Positions 36,992 to 45,300 of a stretch of 45,300 nucleotides of DNA are shown here, piece by piece. The notes beneath the pieces were generated by a model, which saw only the letters and a list, made by a program, of their open reading frames with translations, was not told where the DNA came from and did no database searches. This DNA comes from Octopus bimaculoides (Eukaryota): the NCBI RefSeq assembly GCF_001194135.2, contig NC_069000.1, positions 35,375,388 through 35,420,687 of the forward strand, written 5' to 3'. Numbering within the stretch: position 1 is the first letter of the stretch; every line of letters begins with the position of its first letter. The position numbers and the translations under genes were made by a program.

Positions 36992-37662
36992 TCAGCTAGC
37001 AAAATCAATAGCATGCCAGACAAGATGCTTAGAGGCATTTCGTTTGTCTATTCATTCTGAGTTCAAATTCTGCAAACATCAACTTTACCTTTCATCCTTT
37101 CAAGGTTGGTAAAATAAGTACCAGTTGAGTACTGGGGTCAACGTAATTGATTTACCCACCTCCCACTAAAATTTCAGGCCCTGTCCCTAGAGTAGAAAGT
37201 ATTATTATTATTAAGGTGGCAAGCTGGTAGAATCATTAGCATACTGTGAAAAATGCTTAGCAGCATTTCATCCATCACTACGTTCTGAGTTCAAATTCTG
37301 CCATGGTCAACTTTGCCTTTCATCCTTTTAGAGTCGATAAATTAAATACCAGTGAAACACTGGGGTCAATGTAATTAACCAGGCCGCTCCCCCAAAATTT
37401 CAGGCCTTATGCCTTTAGTAGAAAGGATTATTATTATTATTATCATTAATTAGGTAGCAAGTTGGCAGAATCGTTAGCACGCCGGGCAAAATGCTTAGCA
37501 GTGTTTTATCTGTTGCTATGTTCTGAGTTCAAATTCTGCCAAGGTCGACTTTGCCTTTCATCCTTTTAGGGTCAATAAAATAGGTACCAGTTGAACACTG
37601 GGGTCAATGTAATCGACTCATCCCCTCCCCAAAAATTGCTGCTCTTGTAGCAAAATTTGAAT

Positions 37663-37722
<60 letters not shown>
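36992..37722 (+). mobile_element. Three head-to-tail SINE B1 copies joined by (TAT)n
   Basis: Copies at about 36992-37212, 37213-37445 and 37455-37722; each has head, core and (ATT)n tail. Confidence 0.85.
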
Positions 37723-37724
<2 letters not shown>

Positions 37725-37741
37725 TTCTTTCCCAAATTCAG

Positions 37742-37849
37742 GTGTTTTCAATGATTGGAGAAACTCCACCAGATTCACAACACATTCTGGATACTTACTA
37801 TGACGAGGAGACTGGACGACTAAAAACCTACACACTACAAGATGGTCTG
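37742..37849 (+). CDS. DYNC2H1: Dynein-2 heavy chain exon 10 (VFSMIGETPPDSQHILDTYYDEETGRLKTYTLQDGL), absent from the ORF track
   Basis: Acceptor aattcag|, donor ctg|gtgaga (alternative donor after 37844, see findings). PPD....DTYYD..GRL.TY pattern. Confidence 0.88.
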
Positions 37850-38204
37850 GTGAGAAACATGCTAATAAAGAACATTTGGATTTAAGATTTCAGTTGGTCC
37901 ACAGCCACCCCTGTTTATGGTTGATTTGGTTAACCTCCTCCTCTGACTCCCATCCACCCTGGTGACATTTGATAGTGTGTACATATGATCTAAAACAGCA
38001 TCTTCCCTGCCCTCTCCCATATGTTTTGTAGTATGTAGAACTGCCCCAAATCAATCAAAGCCTTGTGGGTGGATTTGGTTGTTGGAAACTGAAAGAAGCC
38101 CATTGTGAATGAATATATGAGTGTGTGTGTGTGTGTGTATTAATTGCAGGTAGGGACGCAATATTTTGTTTTACAACCATAATATACTGCCAAGTATATT
38201 AATC

Positions 38205-38560
38205 ATCCTCATCATCATCGTCGTTTAACGTCCGCTTTCCATGCTAGCATGGGTTGGACGATCTGACTGAGGACTGGCGAACCAGAAGGCTGCACCAGGC
38301 ACCAATTTGATCTGGCAGAGTTTCTACAGTTGGATGCCCTTCCTAACGCCAACCACTCCGAGAGTGTAGTGGATGCTTTTACGTGCCACCAGCTCGAGGG
38401 CCAGTCAGGTGGTACTGGCAGTGGCCACGCTCAAAATGGTGTTTTTTACGTGCCACCTGCACAGGAGCCAGACCGGCAGCACTGGCAATGACCTCGCTCG
38501 GATGTTTTTTCACGTGCCACCGACACAAGTGCCAGTAAGGCGACGCTGGTTACGATCACA
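38205..38560 (-). mobile_element. Family D element, 5'-truncated
   Basis: catcatcgtcgtttaacgtccgctttccatgctagcatgggttggacg... is the reverse complement of the D tail. Confidence 0.8.
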
Positions 38561-38734
38561 CTAAATGTTTATAAAATCAATACAGTGCCTTGCTTTTGTT
38601 TTGGCAGTGCATTGTTTTCAATTTTGAGTTTATCTCTAAAGAGTTTTCATACAATTTAGAGCCAGCACTGAAAATTACGTTTCATATATGAATACACCTA
38701 TGTAAACAATGCGCTGGCAGATAGAAAACTATGT

Positions 38735-38788
38735 AATGGGTGTACATGCACATTTCAGAAGTTATTGCTCCGTCTTCAGTATCACATT
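38735..38788 (-). ncRNA. Degenerate hammerhead-like motif
   Basis: CUGAAGA-CGGAG CAAUAA CUUCU-GAA-AUGUGCAUGU-A. Stem III equals the palindrome ACGTGCACGT after two CpG-type transitions; stem I is weak. Confidence 0.35.
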
Positions 38789-38964
38789 AACTATCCTCAA
38801 ATACATGGCTTAAATAGCCAATAACTTTAGTGGCGTAATACTACTGGATAGACCAATTTACATATTAAACACATTCCTGGCAACTGGTATGTAATTCTGT
38901 GTCCCTACCAGTAACTAATATGTATGTACCAGTTGCCAGGAATATGTTTAATGTACTTACTGGT

Positions 38965-39279
38965 ATTTCGTCAGTTACGATGGCGAAGGTTCCAGTTGAT
39001 CCGATCAGTGGAACAGCCTGCTTGTGAAATTAACATGCAAGTGGCTGAGCACTCTACAGACATGGGTACCCTTAACATAGTTCTCAGGGAGATTCAGCTT
39101 GACACAGAGTGTGACAAAGTTGGCCCTTTGAATTACAGGTACTACTCATTTTTGCCAGCTGAGTGAACTGGAGCAAAATGAAAAAAATGTCTTGCTCAAG
39201 GAAACAACGTGCCACTGGGAATCAAACTCACGACTTTACAATTGTGAGCCGAATACCCTAACCACTAAGCCACATACCT
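38965..39279 (-). mobile_element. SINE family A', inserted in a fold-back arm
   Basis: Reverse complement of the A' consensus, from accactaagccacatacct to cgtcagttacg. Confidence 0.8.
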
Positions 39280-40774
39280 TGATGTGTTTAATATGTAAAT
39301 CAGTCTATCCAATAGTGTTACACTGCTAAGCTTAGAGGCTATTTAAGCAAGGTATCCATGGATAGTTAATGGGTTAGATGTGGTACTGAAGAAGGAGCAA
39401 TAACTCCAGAAATATGCATATACATCCATTACATTTTTTTCTATCTTCGATCACATTGTTTACATAGACATGGGTGGATGTAAGTATATATATGTATATG
39501 TGTATTCATCATCATCATCATCATCATTTAACATCTGTTTTCTATGCAGGCATGGGTTGGACGATTTGTCCAGAGCTGGGGAGCTGCACCAGACTCCGGT
39601 CTAATTTGGTTTGGTTTCTACAGCTAGATGCCCTTCCTAATGCCAACCACTTTACAGAGTGTGCTGGGTGCATTCTATGTGGCCCCAGCACCAGTGAGGT
39701 CTGCTTTGGCATAGTTTCTGCAGTTAGATGCCCTTCCTGATGCCAACCACTTTACAGAGTGTACTGTGTGCTTTTTATAAGGTACCATCATGAAGGCTTT
39801 TTACGTGGCACTGGCACTGGCACTGGGCTCTTGCGGGCCAACCCTCTTCACCAGGAGGACTGGCCTTAACACTTCTGCTGTGGAGTATGNNNNNNNNNNN
39901 NNNNNNNNNNNNNNNNNNNNNNNNNNNNNNNNNNNNNNNNNNNNNNNNNNNNNNNNNNNNNNNNNNNNNNNNNNNNNNNNNNNNNNNNNNNNNNNNNNNN
40001 NNNNNNNNNNNNNNNNNNNNNNNNNNNNNNNNNNNNNNNNNNNNNNNNNNNNNNNNNNNNNNNNNNNNNNNNNNNNNNNNNNNNNNNNNNNNNNNNNNNN
40101 NNNNNNNNNNNNNNNNNNNNNNNNNNNNNNNNNNNNNNNNNNNNNNNNNNNNNNNNNNNNNNNNNNNNNNNNNNNNNNNNNNNNNNNNNNNNNNNNNNNN
40201 NNNNNNNNNNNNNNNNNNNNNNNNNNNNNNNNNNNNNNNNNNNNNNNNNNNNNNNNNNNNNNNNNNNNNNNNNNNNNNNNNNNNNNNNNNNNNNNNNNNN
40301 NNNNNNNNNNNNNNNNNNNNNNNNNNNNNNNNNNNNNNNNNNNNNNNNNNNNNNNNNNNNNNNNNNNNNNNNNNNNNNNNNNNNNNNNNNNNNNNNNNNN
40401 NNNNNNNNNNNNNNNNNNNNNNNNNNNNNNNNNNNNNNNNNNNNNNNNNNNNNNNNNNNNNNNNNNNNNNNNNNNNNNNNNNNNNNNNNNNNNNNNNNNN
40501 NNNNNNNNNNNNNNNNNNNNNNNNNNNNNNNNNNNNNNNNNNNNNTATATATATATATATATATATGCTGGTACTTAAAGTCATACAGACACAAACATAT
40601 TGCTATTTTAGTTTTTCTGTTTTCTCTGTCATTTTGCTAATTTTCATTCCGTCCCTTTTGCTCTCAATTTCTCTTTCTCTGTCCTTCTCTCTGTCCAGAA
40701 GGAGTATTTTCCTTTGAGTATGTGACACAGAATTTCATACTCTGGCTCTCTCTCTCTCTCTCTCTCTCTCTTTT

Positions 40775-40812
<38 letters not shown>

Positions 40813-41009
40813 CCCCTTTCTCTCTTTCTCTCTCTTTCCCATTTTGTGATAACACATTCATGCATACATGCTTTTATATACACATCTCCTCACTCAAATG
40901 ACCATCATATATGCAAACAAATATTCTTTCTCTCTCTCTCTGATATGTATTCACACACCTACCACATACACTAAGTTAAGCTATTTTCCCTAAACGTTGT
41001 TTCCAACAG

Positions 41010-41170
41010 AAAGATGAACATCTTGATTTGAACAGCTTGGAACAAGGCTCACAACTTCCCATAATCAAGACAGTCGATGTGCAAAGAAACCTTGATTATT
41101 TCTCATTGTGGCTTCAGGACAAACACTACCATCCGTTTATCCTTGTTGGACCAGAGGGTTGTGGCAAAAG
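41010..41170 (+). CDS. DYNC2H1: Dynein-2 heavy chain exon 11 (KDEHLDLNSLEQGSQLPIIKTVDVQRNLDYFSLWLQDKHYHPFILVGPEGCGK; AAA3 Walker A), absent from the ORF track
   Basis: Acceptor ttccaacag|, donor ag|gtaaga, phases 0/2. PFILVGPEGCGK P-loop. Confidence 0.93.
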
Positions 41171-41279
41171 GTAAGATTATCTAAGGGGTCTGTTGAACAA
41201 GAGATCTATGGTAAAATGTAAGTTTACTGAAATAGGGTTTTGGAAACAGGATACTGCGGTAAGGAGGTTTTATTTAAAC

Positions 41280-41539
41280 CAGTGGCTCTCAACCATTTTC
41301 TACCTACAGACACCCTTCGATTCCTATTTTACTAAGGTGCATCCTCATAGCCATTTGATGTTTAAAAAATCCTATTATATTTTTATAATTAAATATTGTT
41401 AGGAATTGTGTAAAGAGAATTGTTAAAATATTTTGTGTATTATATAGAAGAATAACCAATTTCTTGGTCATAAATTATCACAACATAATCTTTTATGGAC
41501 CCCACTAAGGGCCATATGGACCCTGATTGAGAACCACTG
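41280..41539. mobile_element. hAT (Charlie-type) MITE
   Basis: TIRs cagtggctctcaacc and gattgagaaccactg; degenerate 8-bp TSD atttaaac/atctgaat. A similar left end cagtggtattcaacc occurs at 9468. Confidence 0.7.
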
Positions 41540-41732
41540 ATCTGAATAGAGTTTCTTGAGCCAAAAGAATGTGGGCAAAAGAGGATACTATCTACATAAG
41601 ATTTTGTTTGACGTAGGTAAAGTAAATGTTAGAGGTAATACTTGATAATTGTAAGCACCTGTATATGCCAGATCGTGGCCGGGGTGAAAGAATAAATTAA
41701 AAATGTAAAAATACAAACAGAACACAAAGGAT

Positions 41733-41816
41733 TTTGCGGTAGACATGTTTCAAGCTTTATAGTCGTTGATATATAATTGATAGACAGGATGGTATAAAGC
41801 TATCTTCAGCCGCAAA
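41733..41816 (-). ncRNA. Putative type I hammerhead ribozyme (Penelope-like), slightly degenerate
   Basis: UUUGCGG-CUGAAGA-U-AGCUUUAUA(31-nt loop)UAUAAAGCU-U-GAA-ACAUGU-C/UA-CCGCAAA: 7-bp stem I, 9-bp stem II, palindromic stem III. Confidence 0.5.
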
Positions 41817-42400
41817 TATATTCTTTCCCAAGTATTATATCACAAAGAAGTCACCAAGAAAAAAGTAAAAGAGGGAGAAATATGAGAGATAAAAGTGGGA
41901 GTCCACTTGGTATTGTCCATTGTAATATCCATTGCAATATCTTTATCCTTTAAGTTGATACATTTATATAAAAGTTCATCGGTACTCCGAAATCTGTCCA
42001 TATTGTTTGAGTAGGTTGAGCTTCGAAGTAAGGCAACACACCAACAGAATTGTTGGCATGTCAGACTAAATGCTTAGAGGTAATTCTTTTAGTTCTTTAC
42101 ATTTTAAGCTCAAATCTCAATGAGGTTAATTTTGCCTTTCATCCCTCTGGAGACGATAAAATTAAAATATCTGTCATCTACTGAGGTCTATGTAATCAGC
42201 TTGTTCCGTCTCTTTAAAATTGCTGCCCTTGGACTCGGCAATGGATCAGCATTCTGTTCAGAGGATTATTGTAATTTCAGTTGCTTATATAAGTCAGAAA
42301 ATGGGTAACCAGCATTATGAATGCTTGGGCTAAAGTAAAAAAAATAATAATTATGTCCTCTAGTTAATCAAATTGACTGTACTCTGCTTAAGAAATGTAA

Positions 42401-42631
42401 GGCGGCGAGCTGGCAGAAACGTTAGCGTGCCGGGCGAAATGTTTAGCGGTATTTCGTCTGCCGTTATGTTCTGAGTTCAAATTCTGCCGAGGTCGACTTT
42501 GCCTTTCATCCTTTCAGGGTCGATAAATTAAGTACCAGTTACACACTGGGGTCGATATAATCGACTTAATCCCTTTGTCTGTCCTTGTTTGTCCCCTCTA
42601 TATTTAGCCCCTTGTGGGCAATAAAAAGAAA
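42401..42631 (+). mobile_element. SINE family B2 (B head and core, gtcccctct...gcaataaagaaat tail) with 13-bp TSD
   Basis: TSD taagaaatgtaag at 42389-42401 and 42632-42644. Truncated B2 copies at about 34695-34855 and 36325-36465. Confidence 0.85.
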
Positions 42632-43039
42632 TAAGAAATGTAAGATTTTTGGGTCTCTCTGAGATCTGATCAAAAAGTATTGGGAGTGGTGCTATAAAAA
42701 GAAAACTGCAACACATATCACTTCAACATTTAATCTCCTTCAGCTTGTTCTTGAAATTCTACATGGCTACCAATTCTTCAGTGATACTTCAATGAGCCTA
42801 TGGCTTTTTATGCATACTGCCATATGCAATAAATAAGTAAGAATTTTTTTTCTTCATGGCAAACCACAGTTAAAAACCTTTACAGATTCAAATATGTCCC
42901 AGACATGTTTGAACTGATCTAAAGTTTGTTTAATAATGCATTAACTCTTCTTTAAAATGTTAATACAATATCTATGCACTTCATTATTGCTTTTTTTTTT
43001 GTTGTTATCTTTATTTTCTTACCTATTCCTCTTTTGCAG

Positions 43040-43286
43040 TCTGTTACTGCACCATTGCTTTCAGCAGCTGCGATCAGTCAGTGTTGCAACGGTGCACTGC
43101 AATGCACAAACCACACCTTTGCACATTTTGCAGAAGCTCGATCAGATGTGTCTAATAGTTAGCACAAATACCGGACGGAGATACAGGCCTAAAGAAGGTG
43201 AGCGGCTCATCTTGTACCTGAAGGGTATCAACCTCCCACGACATGACAAATGGCAAACTTGCCAGTTAATTGCTTTCCTGAGACAG
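43040..43286 (+). CDS. DYNC2H1: Dynein-2 heavy chain exon 12 (S-LLLHHCFQQLRSVSVATVHCNAQTT...RPKEGERLILYLKGINLPRHDKWQTCQLIAFLRQ; AAA3 Walker B region)
   Basis: Acceptor cttttgcag|, donor cag|gtaagt, phases 2/0. TVHC.AQTT and STNTGR.YRPK are dynein-2-type motifs. Confidence 0.95.
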
Positions 43287-43375
43287 GTAAGTAATTTCAG
43301 CTATGAATTGTAATTACTACACTAGTGTATATGATTTTTTTTTTCATATTTGTAATTTTAAATTTTTTGTTAATT

Positions 43376-43416
<41 letters not shown>

Positions 43417-43646
43417 TTTTACATTTACTTTTCTATGCTCACATGCATGTGTCAGGTAAAATTTTGTTGAGGCAGATTTTCTACAGCCAGATGCCTTTCC
43501 TGTCACCAACCTTTACCTGTTTCCAAGTAAATATTTCCTTATAATCAGATACATCTTCGTGAAAGATTAGGAACACCAATGTGATCGATTGTCATCTATG
43601 ATTTCAGACCATGTACCTATAGTAGAAAGAATTATTATTATTATTA

Positions 43647-43920
43647 TAAATAAAGTGGATACCAAAGTACCAAAGAAACATCATGATCTATCCAGAGAGA
43701 TGAAGCAATTGTGGAAGACTAAGATGACAATTATTCCTGTAGTAATTGGTGTGCTCGGCACAATACCCAAACTGCTTCCTAAAAGGCTGAACAATATTGG
43801 AATTGAGACTTGCATTACTGTCTTGCAGCAAAGTCTTAAATTTTATCTAGTGTTCTGCATCTTTTAGAAAGGTTCTTGAGATTTGAGGAGACTTGTTGTA
43901 ACCAAGCATCAAGACAACAT
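43647..43920 (+). mobile_element. Second, distinct R4/Dong-like RLE-LINE 3' fragment
   Basis: KKHHDLSREMKQLWKTKMTIIPVVIGVLGTIPK...LQQS, then frameshifted RKVLEI* (stop 43884-43886). Confidence 0.75.
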
Positions 43921-43960
43921 CCCTGTTAACTAATAAAGCACATAATGATTTTTAGGGAGC

Positions 43961-44271
43961 AGAGGCATATGGCTTAGTGGTTAGGGTATTCATAAGGTCG
44001 TGAGTTCAATTCCTGGTGACACATTGTACTCTTGAACAAGACACTTTATTTCACATTGCTCCAGTCCCCTCAGCTGGTAAAAATGAGTAGTACCTGTAAT
44101 TCAAAGGGCCAGCTTTGTCTCATTCTGTGTCATGCTGAATCTCCATGAGGTCTATGTTAAGGCTACATGTATCTGTGGAGTGTTCAGCCACATGCACATT
44201 AATTTCACAAGCTGGCTATTCAGTTGATCGGATCAACTGGAACCCTCATCATTATAACTGACGGAGTGCCA
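43961..44271 (+). mobile_element. SINE family A' (tRNA head, ccagtccactcagctgg core, A-type 3' tail)
   Basis: The same composition occurs at 2350-2585(+) and 38965-39279(-). Confidence 0.8.
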
Positions 44272-44286
44272 GTTTTAAGGGAATAA

Positions 44287-44288
44287 TG

Positions 44289-44319
<31 letters not shown>

Positions 44320-44692
44320 ACATTTAACATCCATTTTCCATGGCTAGACAGTTTGACAGGAACTCGCAAGGCCAGGGGGCCACACCAGGTTCCATAGTCT
44401 TTTTCAGCTTGGTTTCTACGGTTGGATGCCCTTCCTAATGCCAACCATTCCACAGACTATACTGGGTGCTTTTTATGTGACACCAGCACCCACACCAATG
44501 TTTTAATGTGGCACCTTGGTTTTAGGATCTCGATTCTGTTGTGGTGGGCAGGTCCTCTCAGGTACAGCAATGCACCACATAACTCAGTCCTCGATCATCT
44601 CCTTCAAAAAGTTCAATGTTTTGAGATTATCATTCAATACTTTGGTCCCATGTCTTCCTGGGTTTCCCTTATCTACAACTTCCCACCACTTT
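44287..44692 (-). mobile_element. 5'-truncated RTE-clade LINE: ORF C-terminus plus family-D 3' UTR and (GAT)n tail
   Basis: Minus translation VVGSCR*GKPRKTWDQ/VLNDNLKTLNFLKEMIED*VMWCIAVPERT resembles the RTE C-terminal RGRP.KTW...DR..W motif; contiguous with ggaagggcatcca...gttaaat(gat)n. Confidence 0.7.
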
Positions 44693-45227
44693 ATTGATTT
44701 TAATAGGAGAAACATCAAAGGAAGTCACAGTGGTTAATCAACCTGCTAGAAAGAGCAACTTGATATCCCGCAAATCAAAAACTTTAAGATCCTGCTTGTC
44801 TTAAAAGAAGAGGCTACCAAAAGACAGGACGATCATGGTTGGAATGCCTTTGATCACATGTCATGGTTAATCATGGTTAATCTTGGGCTAACCTACTACA
44901 ACAATAACATCAATGATAATCGTTATGATTTGTAAAGAAACAGTGCAATTCTAAATCGAGGAGAAGAGGAATGGACTGACAAGCTAATCAACCTAGATTA
45001 TAGATTATATGGCTTCAAGAAGAGTTGAGAATATTGAAGGTAAAAAAGGTTATTAAATAGATTAGAATATATTGAAAGATGTGAAAGAAATGGTTTATTC
45101 CAATAAGTCTGTGGTCATTAAGAAGAATGTGCAAAAGAGGAGAATTGTTTCATCTGGCATTGAGAAGAGTTAATGAGTTTCGAAACATGATAAAAGCAAG
45201 CAACGCCTTTCCCTATATATAGATGCA

Positions 45228-45300
<73 letters not shown>
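45228..45300. repeat. (ATCT)n(GTCT)n tetranucleotide microsatellite
   Basis: Directly visible; runs off the window end. Confidence 0.95.

Larger units (their letters stand above)
4546..40545. other. Assembly gaps (N) at 4546-4614, 15566-16097, 19740-19749, 20919-21285, 28322-29147, 34028-34306, 39890-40545
   Basis: Directly visible. The exon chain stays in frame across all gaps, so no constitutive exon appears to be hidden. Confidence 0.99.

Noticed and set aside
37665-37725. Regularly spaced repeats as a CRISPR-like array
   Set aside because: Eukaryotic simple repeats and SINE chains; no constant repeat with unique spacer architecture.

Overview
Eukaryotic, AT-rich, microsatellite- and retroposon-dense genomic window with seven N gaps; the repeat landscape resembles an Octopus (coleoid cephalopod) assembly (inference). 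The only protein gene I can support is a 12-exon internal segment of a dynein heavy chain on the + strand, best matching cytoplasmic dynein-2 (IFT dynein, DYNC2H1). The exons lie at 986-43286, total 2001 nt (667 codons), splice in frame through GT-AG introns, and cover the end of AAA1, all of AAA2 and most of AAA3. The gene continues beyond both window ends. Introns hold several modular tRNA-derived SINE families (called A, A', B, C here), 3' ends of RTE-clade LINEs (D), two R4/Dong-like RLE-LINE fragments, piggyBac-, hAT- and Tc1-like MITEs, and long fold-back hairpins. The most unusual signal is a ~325-bp tandem repeat in intron 1 (1500-2343) in which each complete unit carries a minimal type I hammerhead ribozyme fold on the minus strand, a retrozyme or Penelope-like architecture. 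Further degenerate hammerhead-like motifs occur at 38735-38788, at 41733-41816 and in two hairpin loops. The AAA3 Walker B position reads KGINLP, with no acidic residue. Repeat boundaries are approximate, and comparisons with human DYNC2H1 are from memory, not from an alignment.
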